Shown: piece by piece, positions 1 through 10,861 of the stretch
How positions within the stretch are numbered: position 1 is the stretch's first letter
Layout: each line of letters begins with the position of its first letter
Assembly (NCBI GenBank): GCA_951406725.2
Contig: OX597818.1
Location: 129,208,001 to 129,272,000, forward strand
Direction of reading: 5' to 3'
From: Octopus vulgaris
Taxonomy: Eukaryota
Length of the DNA stretch: 64,000 bases
Position numbers and translations under genes: made by a program
Notes under the pieces: generated by a model
Told to the model about the DNA's origin: nothing
Seen by the model: the letters and a program-made list of their open reading frames with translations, nothing else
The model's database searches: none

Positions 1-410
1 TTTTGTTTTTCATTTCATTCATTGACAACAAACAAAAACTCTAAGAGAAAATAAAGAAAACAACAAACAATACAATCAGACACCAATCTCTCTCTGTCTC
101 TGTCTCTTTCTCTCTCTCTCACACACACACACACACACGGAATAGAGGCACTGACTATCCATTCACCCCCACCCCCAGAGTCACCAAAAAAAGAATCAAA
201 GCAAAAACACTTTGGGAAGGAATTGTTAGGAAGAAGTCAAGTTATATTTCAAAAGTTCAAGAGATACTCAGCCCAACACTCATATCACCCCTACACATGC
301 CCAGAAACATAGACACACACACAGTTTACCACTCTAGCTCTCTCCCTCTTTCTCTCTCTCTCTCTCTTACTAAGATGAGGAATGGAAAAGAGAGCGTATG
401 TGTGTGAGTG

Positions 411-413
411 TAG

Positions 414-451
<38 letters not shown>

Positions 452-1412
452 ATATATTGAATGATAGAAAGCAAGAAGATATATTGAGGAGAGAGATGTT
501 GAAGGAGAGGGAAAGGATATATTGAGGGAGTGAGAGATGTTGGGAGAGAGGCAGAGGAGATACTACTGAAGGAGGGAGAGGATATATTGAAGAAAAAGAG
601 AGGATATACTGAGAGAGGGAGAGAGAGAGAGAGAGGATATATTGAGGGAGAGAGAAAAAGGGAAAGGATATTTTGAGGGAGTGAGAGAGAGAGAAAGAGA
701 GGGAGAGAGGATTATTGAGGGAGAGAGAAGGAGTACACTGAAGGGGAGAAAGAGAGAGAGAGGATATTTTGAAAGACAAAGAAAAAGAGAAGGGTTATTT
801 TAAAGGAAATAGAGGATATACTGAAAGAGAGAGTGAGAGAGAGGATATTTTGAGAGTTAGAGAAAGAGAGAAAGAATATTTTGAGGAAGGAGAGAGAGGA
901 TATATTGAGGGAGAGAAAGAGAGGGTATATTGAAGGAGAGAGAGGGATGGAGAGGGAAGATATTTTGAGAGACAGAGAAAGAGAGAAAGGATAGTTTGAG
1001 AGAGAGAGAGAGAGAATATATTCAGGGAGGAAAAGAGAGAGGGTATACTGATAGAGAGAGGGAGGATATTTTGAGAGACAGTCAAAGAGAGAAAGGATAG
1101 TTTGAGAGAGAGAGAGAGAGAATATATTGAGGGAGGAAAAGAGAGAGGGTATACTGACAGAGAGAGAGGGAGAGGGAGGATATTTTGAGAGACAGTGAAA
1201 GAGAGAAAGGATGTTTTGAGGAAGAGAGAGGGGGATATTGAAGGAGAGAGAGGATATACTGAAGGAGAGAAAGGGAGGATAAATTGTGTGTGTGAGAGAG
1301 AAAGAGGATTTGTGGAGAAAGAGAGAGAGGGGGATATAGTTAGAGAGAATAGATATATTCAGTGGGAGGGGGGGGATATATAGATATATATTAAGAGAGA
1401 GAGAGGGGGGGA
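411..1412. repeat. Degenerate purine-rich (GA)n array punctuated by a GGATATA(T/C)TGA motif
   Basis: GA runs with a recurring gaggatata(t/c)tga-like motif every ~20-40 bp; ~960-1050 is re-copied at ~1065-1160; explains the SL-rich ORFs. Confidence 0.85.
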
Positions 1413-2386
1413 GTCAAAACAATATTCAGAGACTGTTACAAATAGTCAAATTCTTGTCTTTTCTGTTGTTTTAACAACTAAAATAATAACAATAATGATA
1501 ATAATAATGCTAATGATGATGATGAATAATTGAAAATAAAATAAAAATATAAAAAAATGCTTTCTTTCATTGTAATATAATGTGGAAATAAAAGAACAAA
1601 ATGATAAAAACGGCAATAACAATAATGATAATAACAACAACGACAACAACACAAACAACAACAAAAATAATAAATAATAGGAACCAGAATACATTCTTTA
1701 GAAAAAAACAACAACAACATTATGTCCACGACACTGGTAGGGAAAGTGGTGAGGTGGGTTGGTAGGTTTGAGTTTTGTCAATGGAACTGGGCAGAAGAAT
1801 TGCCATCCCAACCCCAAAGACCAAAAATCTTTGAAAAGACTTGAGAAAACAAAAAACAAAAAATTGTATGTAAATACACGTAAAAAAATATAAGAGTCTG
1901 AAATTAAGTACAATTTTTTGTACATGTTTTTTTTCCTGTTTTGTTTTGTTTTTTTTTTGTCTTTTTTTTGCTTAATTAGTCTAGTGACTAGTTTACATAC
2001 TATGTTTACAATCACAGTACTTAATTAGAGGTAATTATTAGATGTTTTGTTTCATCTTTATTTTTCTGTGTTTTTTTTTTTTGCGACCCCCCTCCCAATC
2101 CTCCCCAGCTTCTAAACTTCGCATCTTTCGAAGTTTCATAATGATTACGACAATTGTAATGGCATTGACAATGATAACAAACAATAACAACGACTACGAC
2201 ATCAGCATCAAGTAATGGTAACAATAACAGTCACAACCATGACATCATCAACAAATACGAACAGTAACAACAACAACAACAACAACAACAGCAGCAGCAC
2301 AGATTAACAATAACAAATATAATAAAAGCCTCTGTGGGAGACTCTATGAGATAACTTGATCTCTAAAAATAACAGCGAATTTTCAT

Positions 2387-2866
2387 GCACGTGGCTTAGT
2401 GGTTAGGGCAGTGGTTTTCAACCAGGGTTCCACGGAACCTTAGGGTTCCGCCAGTACAGTCCAGGGGTTCCGCAAGAAGTTACAAAACTGCTAAAATCGG
2501 CAGTAATTTTTAATTCTCCTGTGCAAATATGTGTGCATAAGACTATTAAATTATTGCACAGGGGTTCCTCGAGCCAGTGGAATGTTTCCTTGGGGTTCCG
2601 CTCCAGCAAAAAGTTTGAAAAGCACTGGGTTAGGGTGTCAGCGTCATGATCGTAAGAATGTGGTTTCGATTCCTGGACCGAGTGACGCGTTGTGTTCTTG
2701 AGCAAAACATTTCATTTCATGTTGCTCGAGTCCCCTCAGCTGGTAAAAATGAGTAATGCTGTGATGGACTGGTGTCCTGTCCAGCTGGGGAACACATACG
2801 CCATAGAAACTGTGAAACTGGGCCCATGAGCCTGGTTAGGCTTTAAAAGGGTGCATTTATTTTATT
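2387..2866 (+). mobile_element. tRNA-derived SINE with V-domain-like core, interrupted by a hAT MITE
   Basis: A box tggcttagtgg, B box ggtttcgattcc, central tgtgatggactggtgtcctgtccag motif, tttattttatt tail. Confidence 0.75.
2409..2627. mobile_element. hAT-superfamily MITE
   Basis: TIRs cagtggttttcaac / gtttgaaaagcactg; perfect 8-bp TSD ggttaggg (2401-2408, 2628-2635); repeated subterminal gggttcc motifs. Confidence 0.9.
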
Positions 2867-2906
2867 ACTATGTGATTTGAAGAAAATACATATTGAGAGA
2901 TAGAGG

Positions 2907-2987
<81 letters not shown>

Positions 2988-3176
2988 CAAAACAAGATTC
3001 AGAGAAAGCTAAAAATTGTCAAATATGAAATAGGCAAATCACATTGTAGCTACATTAGCTACATGTAAAAGGGAAGGACATTGACCATGAGTTGGTGAAG
3101 TCATAAGAGTATCAGACAGAATGGTTAGACCACATTACTCTGTAAGGGGCATAGGGCCAGTTTCCCAATTTCTCTG

Positions 3177-3214
<38 letters not shown>

Positions 3215-3221
<7 letters not shown>

Positions 3222-3392
3222 ATCCAAACAAGAAAGCACAAAAAATCACAACACGAGGACGTGGAACAAATATAGTATTATTGGACGCTCAGGAAAGAAG
3301 GAAAGAAGGAGGGTTTAACGTTTCGAGCGGAGCTCTTCGTCGGAAACATAGGAGAAGGAAAGATCCAGAGAAGGGAAGACAGAGGAAAAAAT
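3215..3392 (-). mobile_element. Non-coding Penelope-like terminal-repeat fragment inserted in (TA)n
   Basis: Flanked by (TA)n on both sides; carries a minimal HHR motif at 3313-3347. Confidence 0.6.
3313..3347 (-). ncRNA. Minimal type I hammerhead ribozyme motif (CCGACGA core variant)
   Basis: Minus strand: gttt-CCGACGA-a-gagc(tcc)gctc-GAAA-CGTT-aaac; helix I gttt/aaac, 4-bp helix II, palindromic AACGTT helix III, GUU site. Confidence 0.7.
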
Positions 3393-3552
3393 ATATATAT
3401 ATATATATTCTTCCCTGGACAGGACAGCAGTCTGTTGCAGGGTTACTTATTTCTATTAGCCAAGTGAATTGGATCAACATGAAATGAATTGTTTTGCTTA
3501 AGAACACGATGCTTCACCCAGTCCAGGAATCGAAACCACAATCTTACGAACA

Positions 3553-4028
3553 GGCGTAGTAGTGGCTGTGTAGGTGTTGGAGTGGGTGTGTTGGTATAGG
3601 AGTGGCTGTGCTGGCTTAGGAGTGGCTGTGTGGTAAGTAGCTTGTTTACCAACCACATGGTTCCAGGTTCAGTCCCACTGCGTGGTACGTTGGGCAAGTG
3701 TCTTCTACTATAGCCTTGGACTGACCAAAGCCTTGTGGGTGGATTTGGTAGATGGAAACTGAAAGAAGCCCGAAGTGTATATGTATATATATATATGTAT
3801 GTGTGTGCATATGTTTGTGTGTCTGTGTCCCCCCCAGCATCACTTGACAACTGATGCTGGTGTGTTTACGTCCCCGTAACTTAGTGGATTGGTGAAAGAG
3901 ACCGATAGAATAAGTACTAGGCTTACAAAGAATAAGTCTTGGGGTTGATCAGCTCGACTACAGGCAGTGCTCCAGCATGGCCACAGTCGCATGAATGAAA
4001 CAAGTAAAAGAATGAAAAGAGTAAAGAG
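3553..4028 (+). mobile_element. Family A tRNA-SINE, full length, with reiterated 5' head
   Basis: A box tggctgtgtgg, B box ggttcagtccc, CORE-like ttgggcaagtgtctt, internal (TA)/(TG)n, tail ccagcatggcc...gaaacaagtaaaaga. Confidence 0.9.
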
Positions 4029-4598
4029 GAGTCCAACACCCTAACTACTAAGCCATGCACCACCACCACTATCTGGCAGAATGTCTTGCAGTATTTGTGC
4101 TGATCCTTTGCATGCTGAGTCCAAAACTTGCAAGGTTAACTGTGCTTCTCAACTTCTTGGGCATCCCTAAAAAATACGGGTTCAGAGTGATGAACTGGGG
4201 AAACTAAGAATATTGATCCAAATACTTTGTAGTTTTCATTGGCAATTCTTCGTTTTCTGAGTTCAAATCTCATTGGGGCCTAATTAGGTAACTGACTTTA
4301 ACCATTGCATGTTTTATCACTACCATTTGATACCTTGGAGTCCTTTCGTAGAGTCCATTTTGTTGCAAGCACTTGGCACAGGTCTCTATTTGAGGATACC
4401 ACTCTTCCTTTCTCCTACCAATTTCAGAGACCTTGTAAAAGATTATGGGTACTACCTTCCCTCTTCCCACCTGTTTCTGAGGCTCTGCAAAAGGGTCATG
4501 GGCACTACCTTCCCTCTTGACTGAAAGACAGCAAACAAATTTGTGGAATTATATATTCTCAGGCACATCTTAATCATTTTGCATTTAAAGCAGCCATA

Positions 4599-4940
4599 GG
4601 TACAGGTATGGCTGTGAGGTAAGTAATTTGCTTCTTAGCCACATGAGTCTGGGTTCAGTCCCACTGTGTGGCACTTGGGGCAAATGTCTTTTACTATAGC
4701 CTTCGACCAAACAAAGCCTTCTATGTGGATCTGGTAGCCAGAAACTAAAAGAAGCTCTTGCTTGAAATACGGAGTAGAAAAACAGCCGACAGCTGATGAA
4801 GGGTTGTTCTTTATGCTGCTTATCTTGTTTTCCATTTGTTTCTTTTGTTGTTCGCAAAAAAATGTTCATATTCCATGTTTTTGTATTTCGTATTTCATGT
4901 TGTTTACATTCTGTGACGTCCTGTGTCCATATATGCATAT
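4599..4940 (+). mobile_element. Family A 5' half joined to the end of a non-coding repeat (family F)
   Basis: 4599-4760 matches the family A head; 4760-4940 matches the reverse complement of ~39660-39830 and ~50715-50790. Confidence 0.7.
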
Positions 4941-5029
4941 GCATATACATGTATATGTAAGTATGTACATATATATGTATGTATATATGTATATATATAT
5001 TATTCATATTATATATATATATGTTATTC

Positions 5030-5500
5030 ATATTAATTTAACAATTAAGGATAACTTCTTAATAAGGAAATTTAACAAGAAATTATCAGGTAGATAGCGT
5101 GAAAAACCTCATAAGAGAAAAATTTCAAAAATAATTCTTTCTTATTGAACATATTAATTTATATATAGAGGGCATTATTATACATACATGCCTCACGCTA
5201 AGAGGGACATCAGTCATTTCTACCAAAAATTTTACTAATCATACCCAATGCAATTTTTCAAAGCAAGACACTTAAAAAATGAATTTAGTCTTGTATCACC
5301 TGTGATTTCGCACTTACCACAGTTGCGACCATGCTCATCAGCAAGACTGATTCTGAACATATCATAAATAAACGACCAGTACCGTCAAAGTTGAACAGCC
5401 ATCTGCTCTATTCCAACGAAGCACATGGAGAAGTTTACATATCATACATCCGGTAAATGGCGGGCTTCTTCGAATTATACATGATGAGCTACGATGTGAT
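5030..5500 (-). mobile_element. Non-coding HHR-bearing element between (TA)n tracts (Penelope-like or retrozyme-like)
   Basis: ~470-bp block bounded by TA repeats; contains the complete HHR at 5287-5348; boundaries approximate. Confidence 0.5.
5287..5348 (-). ncRNA. Complete type I hammerhead ribozyme
   Basis: Minus strand: agtcttg-CTGATGA-gca(19 nt)tgc-GAAA-tca(cagg)tga-TA-caagact; 7-bp helix I, intact core, helix II, helix III, AUA cleavage triplet. Confidence 0.85.
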
Positions 5501-5635
5501 ATATATATTTCTATATGGAGGCAATTATGTGGACAAACAAATTAGATATATTACATACAGTTTTAACAGTTTCAGCATATGAGACTGGCAGAATAAGTAC
5601 CAAGCTTAATAAAAAATAAATACTGGGGTTGATTT

Positions 5636-5774
5636 ACATTATTTACATTATTTACAATTGACAGATATTTGTCCCCATCTTGTTTGTTGTTAACACAATG
5701 TTTCGGCTGATATACCCTCCAGCCTTCATCAGGTGTCTTGGGGAAATTTCGAACCTGGGTTCTCATTCCTTAGG

Positions 5775-5835
<61 letters not shown>

Positions 5836-5965
5836 CATTATTATTATCATTATTCTGGTCATTGCCTGGAATTGAACTCGGAATCTGGTTAACAACAAAC
5901 AAGATGAGGACAAATATCTGTCAATTGTAAATAATGTACATAATTCCTCATCTCTTAAATATAGA
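5636..5965. mobile_element. Penelope-like insertion with inverted partial terminal repeats, nested in a family A SINE 3' half
   Basis: ~5645-5694 is inverted at ~5888-5938; flanking duplication actggggttgattt (5622-5635, 5966-5979); same family as 16011-16201. Confidence 0.75.
5692..5737 (-). ncRNA. Minimal type I hammerhead motif (helix III mutated)
   Basis: Minus strand: gacac-CTGATGA-a-ggctg(gagggtatat)cagcc-GAAA-CATT-gtgtt; the sister copy at 16059 has CGTT. Confidence 0.7.
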
Positions 5966-6146
5966 ACTGGGGTTGATTTGTTTGACTAAATTCTTCAAGA
6001 GGCAGTGCTCCAGCATGGACGTAGTTCAATGACTGAAACAGGTAAAAGGTAAAAGGCCTTATGATCATGAGTTGAGTACTCTAACCACTAAGCCATGTGC
6101 CTCCACATGTGTGTATGTATGTGTGTGTGTGTGTACATATATATAT

Positions 6147-6369
6147 ATTTCTTTATTACCCACAGGGGGCTAAACATAGAGGGGACAAACAAGGTCAGAG
6201 AAAAGAATTAAGTCGATTACATTGACCTCAGTGCGTAACTGGTACTTATTTAATCGACCCCGAAAGGATGAAAGGCAAAGTCAACCTCGGCAGAATTTGA
6301 ACACAGAATGTAACGACAGGTGAAATACCACTAAGCATTTTGTCTGATGTGCTAACGATTCTGCCAGCT
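6147..6369 (-). mobile_element. Family B tRNA-SINE
   Basis: Head gctggcagaatcgttagc, B box region ttcaaattc, core ggttgactttgcctttcatcctttcggggtcgat, tail aataaagaaat. Confidence 0.85.
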
Positions 6370-6380
6370 TTCAGACATAT

Positions 6381-6630
6381 ATCATCATCATCCTCATCAT
6401 AGTTTAACGTCCGTTTTTCATACTGGTATGGGTTGGACAGTTTGACTGAGGACTGGTAAGCCAGGAGGCTGCACCAGGCTCCAATCTGATCTGGCAAGGT
6501 TTCTACAGCTGGATGCCCTTCCTACCACCAACCACTCTGAGAGTGTAGTGGGTGCTTTTATGTTCCACCAGCATAGGAACCAGCCAGTTTGGATGGTGCT
6601 TTTTACATGCCACCAGCATGGAGAGCCAAT
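6381..6630 (-). mobile_element. RTE-type LINE 3' UTR fragment with (GAT)n tail
   Basis: Matches the reverse complement of 53750-53927, which follows an RTE ORF C-terminus. Confidence 0.8.
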
Positions 6631-6897
6631 AATCTCCTGCTAAGTTTTACTTCATTTTATTTCTTTTCTTCTAGCCCATTGCCACATTTCATCCACTACT
6701 TAGTAAATGATCTTATATAGTCGCAGGAGTGGCTGTGTAGCTTGCTTACCAACCACATGGGTCTAGGTTTAGTCCCACTGCATGGCACCTTGGACAAGTG
6801 TCTTCTACTATAGCCTTGGGCAAACATTTTTGAACATGAACTGTTGGTGCAGCTGTGATGTTCTGGTCATCTGGTGAGCTAGCTTTTTTTTATTTGC

Positions 6898-6931
<34 letters not shown>

Positions 6932-7253
6932 AAAGTAGTGTGGAAAGGCAAACAATTAGGCAAGACTTGACAAGGACATTTAATTTAATTTAATTTAATT
7001 TAGCTACATAATGGATGGTAAAAAAAATGTTTTAACCATCTGTTTCTGGGATATCCCAGCTGTTAGAACATCATATTGAGCAAAGACTCGAGTCATCCTG
7101 ATGAAAACTTCTCCTTCCTTCACACACACATACGCACACACACTGACACACACACACACACACACAAACAATTACAAAGAATACCGAGATTAGTACATTC
7201 TTCTATTCTTTTATTTGTGTCAGTCATTTGACTGCAGCCATGCTGGAGCACCC

Positions 7254-7569
7254 CTGCATATTTCTTTATTATTACAGTCAGTTATACAGCATATTTGATT
7301 TAAATGTGTCCGATGCACATTTCTGCCTCATACATATCTTGCAATTATATTTGTATCCAGTTACTATCGCCTGGTAATTAGTCCATACAACTTTACTTGC
7401 TTCAGACCACGTCAGTGGGGAGACCTTGAATAAAGCTGCATAGACTTTATCAGTCGAAAGTAAATGGATGCAAATGCAATTGTGAGATATCTATGCAGCA
7501 GAAATGTACGTTGGACACATTTCAGTCAAATATGCTGTATGATGGACTGTAAAGATAAAACATGTGCAG
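7254..7569. repeat. Old fold-back element (~145-bp imperfect inverted arms)
   Basis: 7254-7398 aligns throughout to the reverse complement of 7427-7569 with scattered substitutions; ~28-bp spacer. Confidence 0.8.
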
Positions 7570-8051
7570 ATGTATTAATCTCCATATTCACTGTAGTTGT
7601 GTGGATATATACTCAGTGAAATGTTTATAATCCAGAGCAGCAAATCCAGGATTTATCCATTGGATGAGATACATTGGGATTGCTTACCATAAGTAATCCT
7701 AGGTGCTCCTTACAACTAAATGTGGTTAGCCATAACGTAGATTATAGCTTGAGATAAAGTATCTGAGTGGATTATAGATTGGGATAAAGTATCTGAGTGG
7801 GTACCATATGAGCACTCAGCTATAATCCAGTTATACTCCAATTGCAAAGATAATCTGGAACTCAACTGAGGATAGAAAACTCCAAATAACCTGTCCTTGT
7901 TTTCCTTGTATCGTCTGTCTGGATATTTTGTTGTCCCCCTTTTTGTATCACCTGTCTAGATGTTTTGCTTTCTTGTCCCATTTTTATATTTTTTTATATA
8001 AAAAATATAGCAGTGCACGTACACTTTGGTCTCTTGTATGTAAGTATATAT

Positions 8052-8082
<31 letters not shown>

Positions 8083-8240
8083 GTTAGCGTCCGCTTTCCA
8101 TGCTAGCATGGGTTGGACGGTTCAACTGGGGTCTGGGAAGCCAGAAGGCTGCATCACGCCCAGTCTGATCTGGTAGAGTTTCTACAGCTGGATGCCCTTT
8201 CTAATGTCAACCACTCCATGAGTGTAGTGGGTGCTTTTTA
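8052..8240 (-). mobile_element. RTE-type 3' tail fragment
   Basis: (cat)n followed by gcgtccgctttccatgctagcatggg..., same family as 53750-53927. Confidence 0.85.
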
Positions 8241-8279
8241 CGAAATTTTCTATGACTCTATAATTCTTTGTGTTCTTTC

Positions 8280-8936
8280 ATTCTTTCCTTCTTTCTATCA
8301 GCCCTTTCACTCTTTGTTCTTTCGTTCCTCCTCTCTCACATTTCCTGGCCTTCTCTTCATGCTCCCTTTCCTTCCTCTTTCACTTCACTGTGTCTCTTTC
8401 ATTTTTTTCTTGACCCTCCTTAATTCTTCTATCCCTCTGCCTCCACCTCTCTCTCTTCTCTCCCCACATGACCGGTGTTCAGCCAGGCCTGACCTTTCTT
8501 TCTTGGTTTGACGATCAACTGTGCAACATCTATATTCCTCCCTGTACCAGTTAAATCTTATGTCCCTGCTGTAAGGCTTTACTTCCACACACGCCAGCTT
8601 AACTTAATTCGTCCTTAGTCGAAAGACACCTGTTGTTAGTCCTGTTAAATGCCTTTGTATTTGTGAAACATTTCTCTGTTTTTTTCCATCCTTATTTTCA
8701 TATACATTTGCTGCTTTCTTCCAAGGAATTTAATGCTCTTAGCTTATTTTTTACTTGGGGTTGGCCAGATTGGAGCAATCTCGACTATAACTAGCTGAAA
8801 TTACAAAGATAATCTGGAACTGGACTGAGGATAGAAAACTCCAAATGACCCATCCTTGTTTTCCTTGTCTGAATGTTTTGTTGTCCCCCTTTTTTGTATC
8901 ACCTGCTGAATGTTTTGTGTTCTTGTCCTATTTTTG

Positions 8937-8940
<4 letters not shown>
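8280..8940 (+). mobile_element. Unclassified non-coding repeat (family E); its end is also present at ~7840-7990
   Basis: aaagataatctggaact..actgaggatagaaaactccaaat... occurs at ~7845 and ~8805; ends in (TA)n. Confidence 0.55.
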
Positions 8941-8977
<37 letters not shown>

Positions 8978-9275
8978 TATATATACACACACACACACGC
9001 ACAAACATTTATATACATGTGTCACATACCACACACCAAACATATATGTTACACAACACACTCCTCCCACTGCCCCTTCTACCCCACCAAAAAGACCTTC
9101 TGTACACCATTTAACTAGGTACCCACATAAGAACAGGACAAAAAGAACTGAAGGAAAAGAGGGCTGCATCAGCATTTGCCTTGTACACATTTTCAGCTGA
9201 GTGAACCAATGCAATGGGAAATGAATGAAGCACCTTGCTCAAGAACACATAAACTATATGATCATATATGATGAA

Positions 9276-9506
9276 GGCGGCGAGCTGGCAGAAACATTAG
9301 TGCGCCGGGCGAAATGCGTTGCCGTATTTCGTCTGCCGTTATGTTCCAAGTTCAAATTCCGCCGAGGTCGACTTTGCCCTTCATCCTTCTGGGGTCGATA
9401 AATTAAGTACCAGTTATGCACTGGAGTCGATGTAATCGACTTAATCCGTTTGTCTGTCCTTGTTTGTCTCCTCTGTGTTTAGCCCCTTGTGGGTAGTAAA
9501 GAAATA
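9276..9506 (+). mobile_element. Family B SINE monomer, full length
   Basis: ggcggcgagctggcagaa head to gtaaagaaat tail; duplication tatatgatcata at 9255-9266 and 9507-9518. Confidence 0.9.
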
Positions 9507-10089
9507 TATATGATCATAAGGTCAGAGCCCTGACCACTAGACTGTGCACCAGCCAAATACTGGGGTTGATAAAAGTTACTCTTTCCCCTCTCATCTACAA
9601 AAAACTTTACTGGCCTTTTGCCTATGTTATGAACAATTACTCTGCAGTTATTGTTGTTGTTTCACTTATCATCACTATCTTCAGTGTTATATTAATATAA
9701 TCACTGTTCTCGTTATCATTGTATATTTGATGCTGACTCTGATGTTCTTGTTTACTGTTATTGTTGTTGTTGTTGTTGTTGTTATTTCTGCTTCCCCAAA
9801 TTCCAAAAATGATACTCCCCATGTAGTCAGAAATTCTGACACAATTGGCTATTGAATTAAGTGGTATAAACCTTTATGACCTCAAGTTGTTTTAATTGGA
9901 GCTCTTTAATATCAAAGGAAAGAAAGTAAATTATATAATGAGCTTAATTTATTTCACTCCTTTCATACTGGCAAATAAATGGCTGAAAAGAATAGGTAGA
10001 CAAACAAACTCACATACACACACACACAGACTGGAACACACACAAACATAGACATGCATATACGCAGTCCTTTCAATTAGTAGATCTAT

Positions 10090-10199
10090 GTGTATGGACG
10101 CATGTGTGTAAGGGAAATATATTTGAATATATGTATGTATGTACACACGGACGCACACACAAACACACACTTATATATACATATACACGTGTGGTACAC

Positions 10200-10240
<41 letters not shown>

Positions 10241-10318
10241 TGTGTATGATATGAAAGACTGACAACTACCTTAATCACAGTTAAGTGTGTGAGTTTATAT
10301 ATATATGTATACATATAT

Positions 10319-10355
<37 letters not shown>

Positions 10356-10615
10356 CATACATATACACATATATATACATATGTATATATATATACATAC
10401 ATATATATATATATATACATACATATACACATATATATACATATGTATATATATATAGCTATAATATCTATAAATATTTATTAAAATATAGTAAAATGTA
10501 TCAACATGAATGAATAATAAACAAACAATTCATGACGTGCAATTCTGTATGCATGCCCACTTCTGTGTGTTTGTGTGAGTGTGTGTGCACAGGTGTATGT
10601 ACATACACATATGTG

Positions 10616-10666
<51 letters not shown>

Positions 10667-10702
10667 CTATGTGAGTGTATATATATCTGTATATATATAT
10701 AT

Positions 10703-10781
<79 letters not shown>

Positions 10782-10826
10782 TACATATATATATATATAC
10801 ATATATACATATATACATATATATAT

Positions 10827-10861
<35 letters not shown>

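Larger units (their letters stand above)
3145..4060 (-). mobile_element. Old V-domain-like SINE split into three pieces by younger insertions
   Basis: Pieces ~3145-3178 (tail), ~3408-3549 (core and B box) and ~4029-4060 (A box) match the reverse complement of 2387-2866. Confidence 0.6.

Noticed and set aside
4270-4524. Possible host exon in non-repetitive sequence
   Set aside because: No recognisable protein motif; an internal duplication (atggg.actaccttccctctt) suggests decayed repeat DNA
4765-4810. CTGATGAAGGG in family F (also ~39795 and ~50754 on the minus strand) as a hammerhead
   Set aside because: No downstream helix II plus GAAA; a type II arrangement using the upstream GAAA gives no credible helix III or helix I
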